Assembly: GCF_041956535.1 (NCBI RefSeq)
Contig: NW_027192202.1
Location: 257,723-321,722 of the forward strand
DNA: 64,000 nucleotides
Reading direction: 5' to 3'
Source of the DNA: Calcarisporiella thermophila CBS 279.70
Lineage: Eukaryota; Fungi; Calcarisporiellomycota
The notes under the pieces: model-generated
The model's input: the letters and a program-made list of their open reading frames with translations, nothing else
What the model was told of the DNA's origin: nothing
Database searches by the model: none
Shown here: one piece after another, positions 38,013 through 50,135 of the stretch
Numbering within the stretch: the first letter of the stretch is position 1
How the letters are laid out: each line of letters starts with the position of its first letter
Position numbers and translations under genes: made by a program

Positions 38013-39758
38013 TCAGTACACCGGCCCTTGCCAGATCTCCTTCATCACCGCCACCGCAATCAAGTATACATAGAGTCCCCATCGCAGCACCAGGGAAAAG
38101 ATGCGCTTGGCCAGCCGGTACACCAGCCCGATGAGGCCGTTCCGGACGCGCTCCTTGATGGCCGAGGCGTACCGACGTTGCCATGTCAGCCAGCAGGCAA
38201 GGTCGAGGGTCCCGTCGAGGATGCGGTCGAACAGCCCATCGATCATGGCGAAGATGGACCTGGGCTCGGGGGGCGCGGCCGAGTCTTGCGCGGGCTTTTC
38301 GGGGGGGAACAGCAGGCCGGGGGCCAGCCACGACTCGAGCAGATCCATCGGGAGGGTCATGTCGTCGCGGGACTCGTCCTCGTCTCCACATTTGGTGGTG
38401 GTGGAGTTGTCAGCGCTTCGCACGCTCTTCATCCACTGCTCCTCCAGCTCGAAGAACAGGGGCTTCCGCCCGCTCGAGCGCCGGCGGTGTTTTTTCGCCC
38501 TGTCGCCGCCGTCGCTGGGGTCGTCGATCCCGTCCGACCCCTCGCCGAACATCTCCATCTCCATCATCTGCTCGACGCCGAGCCCCTCCTCGCCGCCCTC
38601 CGCCTCGTCGCCCTCCTCGAAGGGGGAAAGCGGGGGCGTCCACCGGCACGCGGGGGGGAGGCTTTCAATCTGCTGGCGGTACTCCTCCAGTTGTTGCTCG
38701 AGCTCTCGCACCAGATGGGTTTGGCTCTCGTAGGCCTTCTTGAGGGCCTCGTAGTCGTCGCGTGTGAGCTGCAGCGACTCGTGCTGCTCCTTCAGGCTGG
38801 CCAGGTCCTCGAGGGTGATGCGCAGCTTGTGCTCGATTTCGCGCTTGGACGCGAGCAGGGTCGAGTTTGCGCTCTCCAGCATCGTGCACTTCTCCGCCAG
38901 CTGCTCGAGAAGCATGATGTGCGAGTTGCAGCGCTTCATGCGCCCGCGCGTGCGCGTGAGGCGGGCGTTGGCCGACTCGAGCTCCTCGATTTTCGAGGTG
39001 GCGTCCTCGACGCACGACTGCAGCCACTCGAGCTGCGACTCGAGCAGGTGGAGCTTCTTTCCGTAGTTGAGCTGCTTGTCCTGGGCGTCCTTCTGGATCG
39101 CCTTGAGCTCGGTCTTGAGCGTCATGTTCTCGCCCTCGAGCGAGACGATCCGGCGCAGGTCGGAGGAGCAGCGTCGAATGAGCCGGCCTCTGCGGATGGA
39201 GGCCGGAGTCTGGCTCCCGTCGGCGGGGGCCTCGTGGATGAGGAAGGTGGGGGTATCGATCCTCTGCAGGCTGCCGAGTCTCTCTCCGCCCCCCTCCTCC
39301 TCCTCCTCCTCCTCCTCTTCCTTCTCGCCTTCTTCCGACTCCTCCTTCTCCTCGTCATCGAGGTCCGAGAAATCGTCCGAAGAGCATGCCCATTGGTCGG
39401 CATTTCTCAGATGCTCGAGGAGCTGCTGCTGGATCATGCTGCTGTCCAGCCCGAGTTCCGCGAGCCGGCTATTGCGCACCTTTTCACATGCATGGAGCTT
39501 CTGGAGCAAGCCTTCGTATTCAGCTTTAAGACTCCAGCTGCTTTCGAGGAGCAGGTTCACGAGTTCTTGGCGAAGCTCGGCGTTCTCTAACATTGAGGAG
39601 TGGGGGATGAGGAAGGTTAAAGCGGTGCATCTGTATTGCAAGCGGCCCGATTCCCGCAGCGTGCAAGAGGGGAAGGGGAGGTCGTGCTTACCTATCTCTT
39701 CGGGAACTAGCTCATTGTTTGAGCGAGGTTGGGCCACACAGGGCGCGTGACGAGACAT
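38013..39758 (-). CDS. Coiled-coil protein with acidic tract and C-terminal hydrophobic anchor (likely 105-nt intron at 39691-39587)
   Basis: Heptad-rich E/L/Q/K region, poly-Glu, C-terminal WGLYVYLIAVAVMKEIWQGP; strong C/G third-position bias; GTAAGC...TTAG in-frame intron. Confidence 0.8.
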   Translation of the reverse strand: MSRHAPCVAQPRSNNELVPEEIGKHDLPFPSCTLRESGRLQYRCTALTFLIPHSSMLENAELRQELVNLLLESSWSLKAEYEGLLQKLHACEKVRNSRLAELGLDSSMIQQQLLEHLRNADQWACSSDDFSDLDDEEKEESEEGEKEEEEEEEEEGGGERLGSLQRIDTPTFLIHEAPADGSQTPASIRRGRLIRRCSSDLRRIVSLEGENMTLKTELKAIQKDAQDKQLNYGKKLHLLESQLEWLQSCVEDATSKIEELESANARLTRTRGRMKRCNSHIMLLEQLAEKCTMLESANSTLLASKREIEHKLRITLEDLASLKEQHESLQLTRDDYEALKKAYESQTHLVRELEQQLEEYRQQIESLPPACRWTPPLSPFEEGDEAEGGEEGLGVEQMMEMEMFGEGSDGIDDPSDGGDRAKKHRRRSSGRKPLFFELEEQWMKSVRSADNSTTTKCGDEDESRDDMTLPMDLLESWLAPGLLFPPEKPAQDSAAPPEPRSIFAMIDGLFDRILDGTLDLACWLTWQRRYASAIKERVRNGLIGLVYRLAKRIFSLVLRWGLYVYLIAVAVMKEIWQGPVY

Positions 39759-40906
39759 GGTTTGCTCGCCTGGATTACTTCAACTTCGAATGCGAGGTGG
39801 TTCGGGGTAGGACCTCTTCGAATGCGACAAATGGAAATGGGATTGGGTTTGATTGCGAGTAGTCTTATGGCTTCTCTAGCGCCTTGCAAAGCGAACACGA
39901 CTGCACGCCTAGTCTAAACTACCTAGCTAACTACTGCTCAGCGCAGGAATGGGGGGGGGGGGGAGGAGAGAGGGGTGAGTCAATGGCCACGGGGGGAGGA
40001 TGCCGGACGCAATGAGGATTACCAGCGATTAATGCTGAACGGAGGAAGGGGGAGACAAAGGAGGGAAAAAAGAAGAGCGCCCAGCTGAGATAAGGGCAGC
40101 ATATTCCCGTATCTAGCATTTTTCAATTAATTATCGACGCGTTAAATGCGGTCATTAATGGGAACGGTATGAGGGCCAAAGGAAAATTAAGGGGGGAGGA
40201 ATGATCGGCCGCCCAATCATCGGCGCGGTGGTAATTGAATTTTCGACTGTTGAGGAACGCGTGACTTGCGTGTCTCCCTCATGCGTGCACAGGGGAAAAA
40301 AAAAAAGCTGAGCTGGCTTGAGAGCCCCGGGACGAGGGCTGGCAGGAGGCCGCGAGCAAGCAGGGTTTGGGTTTGCGCGCGAGCTCCCGCTGGGCTAAGA
40401 AGGGGTTAAGAACGGCGGAGAAAAGCAACCAAAACACACGCCACGAATGGGCTGGGCCGTGGGCAGGGGGGAAACGCCCGGAACTGGGAAATGTGGCCGG
40501 AGCACCGGGCCTTATCTCGGGGGCTCGAGGCGAGCGGCGAGACTCGACGGGGCTTCTTGAAACAGGCTGCAATCTCGTGGGATTGCGACTGGAGCAAAGC
40601 ACTCCGGCAGGAAATTAAAATAAAAAAGAGACACGGGTGAGATGACGGCCCCCCGAGTCGCGTGCTGCTGCTTTGGCCTGATTTTGCTTCACCGCAAAGG
40701 AAAATAAACAACAAACACATCCTCCTCATATCATGTGAACCTTTTTCGCGCGTGACCATTTTCACTCGCTTGAGACTCCCCCTCGCCATATATAAACATG
40801 CTCGGCCCGTCTCCACGCTCGCTCCACATCCCCCATCCCCATCCCATCCCCGCCCTGCGTGCGCTTCCCCATCCCCTTCGCATCCATCCCCTCCTCGATC
40901 CGTAGC

Positions 40907-41422
40907 ATGTCATTTGGAGCCCTCTCTTCGAAATCCTCCGGCAAATCCTTCCACTTCACGCTCGACGACCACCGCCTGCTCTCGACATACACCCACTTCG
41001 ACGAGGACGAAGATGGCCTTGACGACGACTACCTAGACCCCGCCGCCACCGCCCCCGAAAAGGACGGCTGCGACGACCCCGACGACGACGGCGCCCTCTT
41101 CTCATTCGACGATGACGACTCCCACCCGCACCCTCGCGAGCCCCCTTTGCGCCACAGCCCCAAGTCGCACGAACTGCTTCCGCAGCACTTCTCCCCCGAC
41201 GCGGCGGCCCTGAAATCCAAACCCCGGGGATGCTCGGGGCCCCTGCATGCCCAGCCCGCCTACACCGCCCTGACGCGGTCCCTGGGATGGGCATGCCCCA
41301 TTTGCAAGTTCGTGTATGGCGAACGCGCGCTGGCCGAGAGCTGCATCAACCTCCATCCCTCCCCCCTATCGACAAAATCGGCAAGTCATGGCTGGAGACA
41401 CAGCACCGCCCTGCAATCGTGA
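40907..41422 (+). CDS. Small acidic protein with a C-x2-C-x12-C-x3-H zinc-finger-like motif
   Basis: D/E-rich N-terminal half, WACPICKFVYGERALAESCINLH; TATATAAA near 40789; strong GC3 bias. Confidence 0.7.
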   Translation: MSFGALSSKSSGKSFHFTLDDHRLLSTYTHFDEDEDGLDDDYLDPAATAPEKDGCDDPDDDGALFSFDDDDSHPHPREPPLRHSPKSHELLPQHFSPDAAALKSKPRGCSGPLHAQPAYTALTRSLGWACPICKFVYGERALAESCINLHPSPLSTKSASHGWRHSTALQS

Positions 41423-41940
41423 GCCTTCTCTCTCCATGGCCGATGCTGGGCACCCGACATCGCCTCAGGTCTTGGAACAAACTTTTTGTACATACCCTAT
41501 ATCGCTTTTTTTTTATTCTTGCGTTCTCCATCATCTTTTCTAGTGGCCTATCTTGTATTTAACCAAACAGACAAAAAACACCCCCCACCCCACCCCCCTC
41601 GGAAGGAACGAGAAAGAGAAAGAGAAAGAGAAAGAAAAAAAAAGGAATATGAATTGATTATACTCTTTTTATTTTGTACATACTCACCACTCTATAACTC
41701 TACTGGATAAAAAAAAGAGATGCATCAATGAGTTCATATTTTCTTTTAATTTCTTATTTTCTTTTTTATTTTATTACAAGAGGGTCTACATATAATTACA
41801 ATAAAATAGTGTGTTTCTAAGTAATTCAGGGGAATAGGGTGAGGGCCTAAGGGCACGCAGAACGAGGAGGAATGGAAAGCGCGGGATCGAAAGAGCGGAT
41901 CTTCTTGGGTGTCCCCATGGTAGACGGAGGCTAGGCCACC

Positions 41941-44191
41941 TCACCCACTCGTTCCCACAATGCCGACGACCACACTTCCCAGCACGACCCACCCCACCAC
42001 CGCCGTGACCACCACGGTGACGGCCCGCTCCACCCGCCTCCACCCTTGCTCCCGCGTCCCCCCCATCCCTGCAAAACCGCCGCCGTCCTCCCCTCTGAAG
42101 AGCTTGATAAAGTCCCCAAGCGCATGGCTCCCGTCCAGGCCGAATGCTGGCAGGGCATTGAGCACGGACAACGCGCTGGTGAAGGAGGCCGTGTACCCGA
42201 TGGCCAGCTCGAGGACCCGGGGCAACCCCACCGGCAGAAAGCTTGCCCGCGGCTGGAGATCGCTCACTTGCACATTGGACCATAGCTCGCCGGGATCCCC
42301 GAAATAGACTAGCACGTTGGCGGCGTCGGGCTCGGAGAGATGCTCGCGGAAATAGAGGCGAATGGCGCGCGCATCGTAGTAGGGGGTATAGGGGGTCATG
42401 CAGGCGTGGTCGGAGGGGCAATTCTCGGAGGAGATGCAGCGTGGCGTAGGGGTGGTGGTGGAGGAGAGAATGGACAAGGCCGGCAGGCATGCAGGCGAGA
42501 GGGGAGGAGGCACGGGGTGCTTGGCGGCATCGTGGTAGCTGACCCGCGGGGGTGGCTTGTCAAGCCGGAAGGATTCGAAGCACGTGATGGACTCGTTTTT
42601 CGAGTGCCCGAATGGGTGCTCATGGCTCACCTGGCAGCACGAGAGATCCCGTCCCGCGGCTTCATCGAGAAGAGGGCTCCGTCAGTAACTGGGGGGGGGG
42701 GGTTGAGGGGAGGTTCAAACTAACATGCATTTACCTTCAAGCTCGCTCTTTGGCACACAGAATCCCTCCAGACTTGCCCAGCTCTCATTGTGTGGATTGA
42801 CTAGCAGCTTTGTCCAGGAGTTCAGTGGATCCGCGAGAATCACGTCATCAACCCGAAGGATAACGGAGGAGGGTGGCAAGTGGTGGTGCAGTGCAGAGTT
42901 CTGCTCGCTCAACATGGTTAAATGAGGAAAAAAAAAGCATGGGTTTGACCGGATCAGACCGTCCAATTACCTTTGCAATATCGGTCACCACGACTCCGTC
43001 CGTCACCTCTTGCCATCCACATAGCAGCAAGATCGGTCTAAGCAAGGTGGTGAGAAAGACCCAGCAGACCACATACAGGACGATGTTATGCCACACGCCC
43101 GCGCAGATGATCTTGAGCTTGCGAAGAGGGGTGAGAATGGAGAGGGCGCGCGAGGAGAGGTCGACGAATGCCCCAGGATAGAGCACGAGTAGAAAGACGC
43201 CGGTATTGTTGATGTGGACACGCTCACTATAGGAAACGGGTTGGAAGCAAACGTAAGCTAAAGCAATCATGGGTGACGAAGGGGGATTCCACTCCGATGC
43301 CTTTTTACCTAGCGGCAGCAATGGCATGCCCTGCCTCGTGGATAAGCGTGGAAAAAAGCAGAGCAAATACGTAGTAGCCCATGTGGGAAAGAGGCAAGGT
43401 GATCCCAGGAATCACCGGCACAAACACCTGCCCGTCCCCTTGCGCCAGATCCGCCATGGCCCTTTTTGCCAGTCTTCTTGCCGCAGGGGGTGTCACTGTG
43501 GCAAGGTGGGTTAAATTCATCATCCAGCCGACCAATTTCAATGCTGCCCATCCAAGAACGCACACCCCTACCACGAGTGCAACCCCGCCAAATACAACCC
43601 CTGCCGCAAACCACCACTCCCAGAACCGTGGTGCATAGGCCACAGCTCTTAAGAAAGCTGAATTCAGCCTCGTTGTGGTCACTCGCACGTAAAATGGTTT
43701 CACTCGAAGAGAAAAGAGTTTTCGTGGCTTCGATGGGGTATTTACCGAGGAAGAGGAGTGGGATGCGGAGGTAGATCGCGAAGCACTAAATGGCATGCGG
43801 GAATGTTGGCGCTGGGTGATTTTATGGCGCGCCAGAGGGAGCAATCCCTCGTTCCCACTCTGCTCTGCGTCGGATGATGCACTACTCGAGGTATCGTCAT
43901 ACTCATCCAGAGCAAACTGTTCATTTTCATCGCTGGATTCTTCACCCCTCGACTCCAGATCGGGGAAACGTCGGGGTCGTGAGCGAAAGCCACGCTTCGG
44001 CTAGGCAGATCGCATTAGGATTGACATCAGAAAGTTGGATATAAATAAAAAGGGCCCATTGAGCGGGAGCAAATGGGTGTATAAACTACCTTTAGCCATT
44101 TTTTGTACACAAAGAATGCCAAATGGACCCAAAACCAGAAGAAGAGGACCGAGGAAATGGTATCACGTAATGCGTACCATACGTCTACCAT
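41941..44191 (-). CDS. MBTPS2: Site-2 intramembrane metalloprotease (MBTPS2/Stp1, family M50; multi-exon)
   Basis: VIPGITLP, LIHEAGHAIAA, YPGAFV, ICAGVWHN, PDZ-like segment, Cys-rich insert, NALPAFGLDG; first exon MVDVWYALRD...KKWLK. Confidence 0.93.
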
Positions 44192-44538
44192 GGCTCTATT
44201 GATAGCGATGAAGGTTTGGAAATAGGGGGGGGGGATAAGGCCACCACAGAAATCGAATCGCCTGAATCTGATACAGATTGTCAGCGAATTTCTGTTTGGA
44301 AAATGCGATCACGGTGGAGATCCCCGCGTCCTGCAAAATGCGCTGTATGTGCCGAAGAGAAAGCATTATTTCTATGTTATATTTCATCATTGTTCGTTGG
44401 TAGGCAGGAAAAAAAAGGAGCAATAGCAGAAGAGACATTACATACAAATAACTTATATATAGGGAGGGAAATAGTATATATAGCTTGGGAAGTGTAAATG
44501 GGTGAGAGAGGGTGTGGGGTTGCCAATGAATCCATTGA

Positions 44539-45240
44539 TCATCCTTCTATTTCAAATATCCTCTCTGACGAGAGTGAATCCATCTCGAAGCTCCACCCCG
44601 ACCGCTCGCAGTCGATGGTGTTCCGCCGCGCCCTCTCCCTCTCAAGCTCTGCTGCGTTCTCCTCCGCCTCCCCCTCCTCCAACAATCTAATGTAACTCCA
44701 TCGTCTTGCCTTTGGCCACGAGTTTCTATTGCGTCTCTCGGGTAGGATAGAGCCGCTCCATCTTGTCAAAAAGACCGACAGCATTGCCCCGGAGAGTGCA
44801 TCGGCCACATCTCCCAGCCGTAACTCGCGGTTATTGATTTCGGAGAGTTTCAGCAGGATACGCGGCCATCTGCCTTGAGTTTTGTCGCGACATGGATCGT
44901 GGACTCGGAGCTGAACAAGGGTGCGCGAGAAGGGCGTGAGGTGCAGACGCCATAGTGTATCATTGAGAGGATCGAGAGACTGGCGGCGCGTGTTAAGAGG
45001 GCCCATTTCCACAGTGACGGAGTGGACCTTGTTTTCGTTGGCAAGGGTAGGGTAGTTGAAATTTACGGGCACATGTTGATTCTGGCGGAAAAAGTCTAGA
45101 GCTTTGGAGCGCGAGCTTGCGACTATGGCGAATGTGGTTACGGTGGGGGAAAAGAGGACACGAAAGGGAACGGGAGTTACAAGCGCCCCAAGGTCTAATG
45201 AACCGCATGATGAAGAAATTGCACAGTAGAAAAAAAAAAT
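44539..45240 (-). CDS. Hypothetical protein (last exon; upstream exons not resolved)
   Basis: About 230-codon open frame following a polypyrimidine/AG acceptor; charged C-terminus; no family recognised. Confidence 0.55.
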   Translation of the reverse strand: MFFFYCAISSSCGSLDLGALVTPVPFRVLFSPTVTTFAIVASSRSKALDFFRQNQHVPVNFNYPTLANENKVHSVTVEMGPLNTRRQSLDPLNDTLWRLHLTPFSRTLVQLRVHDPCRDKTQGRWPRILLKLSEINNRELRLGDVADALSGAMLSVFLTRWSGSILPERRNRNSWPKARRWSYIRLLEEGEAEENAAELERERARRNTIDCERSGWSFEMDSLSSERIFEIEG

Positions 45241-47416
45241 GGATGATGAGCTACAGGAATGGGCGTGCAGGAACGGGAGGCTCACTACTAACCTGTCAAA
45301 TAACCATATTTTGTGACCATGCTTCTAGTGATGCAATGCTGATAATGAAATGATCAAACAATGGATGCAACAATTTAAGAAAGGCCTGACAACCTCCACG
45401 ATATTTATATGTCTCATGAGGGTGGCAATACAGGGAAACGGAAAAAAAAGCGTCCCTAACACTCATGTATCATGCTGGCAATCAGAGGAAATATTCACAC
45501 GTGGACTCATTTTACCCTTTCTGAGCCATTTCATGTAAATTGAAATTATGAGGGTAAGGATCTACAATAACAAATGTTTGTAAGACATCGTTATATTCGG
45601 AATAGAACAATCCATTCTGCAGCCTGAATCTCCAAAATTAATTCCAGTGGCCCTCAACCACGGTGAGCGGCGTCTAAATAGAAACAGCGTGGATCGTGTA
45701 ATTATCTTCTCGTAAATTCCATGGAAGAAGATCTCGTTTGACTCGCCCTCTTCCTCCTGCTCTCCGACAAGAGGAAGAGCAAAAAGGAAAATGAGTCTCA
45801 AGTGACCTCCTCCCAACTCAAACCCTTCCATATATTCTTTTCTTCTATTGCTCTCTCATTTGGAAATCCACCGCTCCCCACCCCCCCCTCTCTTGCCCGC
45901 AAATGACAAGTCACGGAGTCTCCTCGGACAACCGCATTGTGCCTTTAGCTTTTCGTCTCGATTGCTTATGCGTGGCAAGCTTCATCTTCAGGGGGGGAGG
46001 CGTGCGGGCCCCTTCCCTTTTTTTTCCACAGTCCCGCTTTCTGGGCCCTACCCTCGCTTGATTCCTAGATCAGGGTTAGCCGTGTAGTCTGGGCCATTTG
46101 CATTTCGACCGGCCTTCGTAGTCAGATGAGCCGGAGGAGTTAGAGTTGCGAATCCAGGTCTCAGTCAGAAACATTTCAGACACGAGATGCAAGCTTATTT
46201 TTCCACTGCAAGGCGTGCGAACGCGATCATTGGATTTCCACTCAGAGTGATTAAATTTGTGTTAATTGGGAGGCATATAGGAATCAGGCGTGAAAAAAGC
46301 CTTCCATCCGGATGCGTTCAACAGCGTGGCGGCCAGGTTAACTCATATATGGGCAGAGGCAGCGGAAAAGGGTCAAATTAGTCGCGTTAGAGTTAACAAA
46401 CATATCCTTTGTGGATCCCGGCTCCCACAAAGAGGGCGAGGAGAGGGGGAGACCACGGCGAGCCATCGCGACTCGCACTCCATCAAGGTCGCCCTCCGGA
46501 CTTCACCCCTGTCCCACCTAATCGAATGCTAATATTAACCTATGGGAGCACAACCTTCATTGCGTTTCAGATGTTGACATATGAAATTGTGCAAAGAGGA
46601 TGATGTAAGGCGGGAATACAACGGTGCCATGGGCAAGACGGTCATGCATCTTGCCGGCTCTGGGTGCAGAAGAAAGGAATACCTTTACACAAAACCCAAG
46701 CTAATCAGGGCAAATAAAGGCATCCTCAGATGGGAGGGGATATTCGGGCAATGAAATGCAAAAATGAAATGGAAATGGAAAGAGCCAATTTAATCGGTTT
46801 GATCGGCTATTTGCCAGGCTACGATCCTCTCTGATTCAAAACAAATGCGGGGAAACTGGCCGCCTACGAAAACAAGTCTAAAAAAAACACAACTGACAAT
46901 TTGCATCGCAATGCATCATCGGCCGTATACAGAGACGACTTCCCTCTGCCCCTCCTCTGAATTTCTCCGTCCAAATCCATCCATTAAATAATGCTAAAGT
47001 GCTAAGCGCTGTCTTGCACACGAGTGCTGAAGCTTTACCCACAGCTCGCCCAAAGTGAGCGGAGATGGAGGGAAAGGAGTGGAAGAGGAAAAGAGGGAAA
47101 CTGGCTTTATGGCTATGCTTTGGATATCGACGCAATATCTTTGGGCGCCACCCTAGACATCGTTTTACTTCGGCGGGCAGCCTGAATATTGGCCCACTGG
47201 AGAATAAACTTATTGCTTGGGACAACGCGGCAAAACTCATTTGCAGACAAGCTGTGGAGATTTTGAAGTGGGTGCGGGATAGCGGCCCTTAGTCATCGGT
47301 GGAGGCTAGGGCTCAAAAGGAATAAGGGATAGGCCCTGGTGTTTCTTGTGCTTCTGCTAACAGCTGGTTTTGGGGAATAGGACAGCTGGATCGCGTTAAA
47401 TAAGCTTTCATTAATT

Positions 47417-49438
47417 TTATTTTGCGGAAGGAACTGCCATAATGGCCACATTTTCAAGGGATATAGAGGGGTCCACGTAGCGCACAAGCTCCACATTAAA
47501 GCCAAGCGTCTGGAGGAATTGCAACCGTCCCACGTCCAGGATCCGTTTGCAAGAGAGGCCCAGTTGCTCACGCTCCTCGAATGGCAGGCCTGAGAAATGT
47601 TTCCTGGTGAAAGAAAAAAAGGGGGCATGATAGGTTAGACCCACAGGGAAAGGCAGTGCAACACACACAAAATTCCATACTCGTTATTCCCTTGGGAGTC
47701 TTCGTCGATTGAACCGACGTGATCTACGTCCTTCCCATTTCCCTCATCCACCCCTCCTGCCATCTCCCTCTTCGTCAACTTCTCCTCCTCCTCCTCTTCC
47801 TCCTTCTTGTCTGTCTCCTTTTCGGTGTGTTCATCTACGGTTGGCCTCTGTCCACAAATACCCCAGCTTGACATTCGAGTTATTCTCGCAAAGTTTTCCT
47901 CGTCAATCTCAGCCTCACGGAGGTACTCATGGTTCGGGAACAAGTGCCAGCGACAGAGTTGATGACAGCAAAGGGCAATGACAACGCCGGCAACTGCTGA
48001 TCCGTCTTGGATGCTAAATATAAATATTAATCGAGGGTTCAAAAATTTTCATTAAGCAAAAAAGAAGGTAAACATGGTAATATGTCTAAGTAAACTGACC
48101 CTTCGCTGCGAAGGCGTTCTATGTAGTTGGCGAGGCATTTGAGGGTAAGATCGGTAGCTGCTCCGCAGAGATGCTTTGAAAATGCAATCACTTTCTTGCC
48201 ACGGATCTCAGGAACTCCCATCAGGTCGAGATCCTTGATATCAATCGTGACACGTTTGACAATAGGCTTATTGGGTCCCTCTCCGAGGATGGCATTATCA
48301 AACTATGTGGGGGGCGAGAGGATTGAGTGCCACACTAGATTCCTGTTGACAAAGTAAATCCACACCTTCCCTCTTGTGATCTTCCTATCGACTAGAATAA
48401 ATGTGGATTTTCCCTCAGAGTCGTTCAATGCCTGCCGACAATAGCTAGAGAGCTCCCCACGACCTGCACCAAATTCAACAAAGCATGCTGACTTATCCTC
48501 CAACATTCCGAGCCGCTTCATATGGCCGATAAGGGAAGCCTGTTGGTCCGCGTGTTTGTAATTTCTGGTTTTCTCCCTACAGATACGAAAGAAACCAAGT
48601 TTAGCATCCAATGCTAGATCTATTGACCCCCCCCCCTAACCACAAACCTTTTACGCTGTAACGCCTCATGATCTTCTACTCTTAATTGAAGCTCCGGTAC
48701 GTATCGTGTATGCAAGTGTCGTACTCTGTCAATCAGGGCCTGTAATAGCTTGGGGTCCAATTCGGAAAGCATAACGCCCTTTTGACCCGGGATACGCTTA
48801 AATAATTGCAAGTGCATTGTATTATGTTCGTCATCAGGAGGAGGAAGCGTGCAGTTTGCATCGAGGCGGAAGAACGGCTGTTCTTGAAGCAACTCTGGTC
48901 GAGCATTGCAACGCGTAGAGAGGTGTTTTTCCAGCTCTTCCTCAAAGACCGTGCTGAAAGGTATGAGGAGACGGATACCTCCAATATTAAACATGGGAAA
49001 AAAAAGTTGAGGACTGAATAGATACTCACTGAGAGGGATCGTATGGGCAAGGAATTCTTTTTTTGTATGCATTCACATCGTGAATAAGATGCTCGCCACA
49101 ATACCGATTGCCGAGTTTAGTAGCGAGATGGCAGTAGCGCTTTTTGCGTTTGACGTAATAATGACCTAAATTAGATGGTTTAAAAGTTAAGATGAGAACT
49201 ACTTGTGGGAATAATAGCTCATACATTGGTTCGGCTTATTCGGCGGTGGAGGAATTACTTCATCGTCTTCATTCTTTTTCTTCTTCTTCTTCTTTTCTCT
49301 TTTCTTTAACTCTACCCCATCTTCCACAATACCTTCCTTTCGTTTTCTTAAATTCTCGGGATGGTCGCCCGAATTGTTGTGATTGCCAACTTCTGAAGGC
49401 AATCCATTATCTACAGTGAGGGATTCCTCCTGCTCCAT
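47417..49438 (-). CDS. TRM13: tRNA:m4X 2'-O-methyltransferase Trm13 (multi-exon)
   Basis: CCCH finger C|HYYVKRKKRYC...YCGEH, CHHC finger RIPCPYDPSH|TV...KHLSTRC, VEFGAGRGELS, KHLCGAATDL, IALCCH, ISLENVAI. Confidence 0.95.
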
Positions 49439-50135
49439 GGTTATTAAGGTTTTACTGGAGGTCTAAGATTCAAGTAGGAGGACTGTTTATTGTCGGAGGA
49501 CTTTGAATGTGACTTGCCTCTAGTTCACATTAGGAGCAGGACATTGCACACATTTTTGTCTTAACGGAGAAGGGTAGCGGTGAGCCTCTTATGAACCATA
49601 TTAATAAAACGGGTGCTGTTTCCTATGCGGTAACTTCAAACATCCATACATATATATCCATTTATCTTCATAATGCTTAAGCCTTGTTTGCAGCGTCTTC
49701 TTGAGTGCTGAGAATTTATTGCATTGGAAAATTTCAGAATGAAGCGTCTATACATATAAAAACCAAGAGTTTTCCGAGCGAATCTTCAACGGCCGAATTT
49801 GTATATTCTTCAATAATAAGTTTAAGGACATTCGTCGTGGAAGAACTTGTCTTTGGAATTGAATGGCTGAATACAAATAATGACTTCTTAAATGCGCCGA
49901 ATGGAGAGAATAGTGCTGAATGCATAATATAACAGAATCACGAAAGTGCAGAATCTTTAATAGCCTAACTAACGTCTGCTCAGGGACTCATGAACCAGCA
50001 TCAGTCCCATTCAAAGGGATCATTTTATTTTAACATCAAGGATGGAAACCCCGGGTCCAACAGTGTGAAACGCCTCCGGAGTCAAGCATTATGTCTCGAT
50101 GAAATAGTTAAATAATTAAATAAAATGGGTCATCA

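Noticed and set aside
37992-39590. 532-aa plus-strand ORF and many other overlapping ORFs in 38-43 kb
   Set aside because: Antisense shadows of high-GC3 genes; the minus strand has coherent coiled-coil composition and splice signals.
44539-45420. Faint CENP-V/GFA-like resemblance (YRGGC... upstream of the hypothetical exon)
   Set aside because: Needs poor splice donors, and most zinc-ligand cysteines are missing.
49590-49932. Short ORFs between TRM13 and the GPI-protein gene
   Set aside because: No motif or consistent exon chain; could not be supported.
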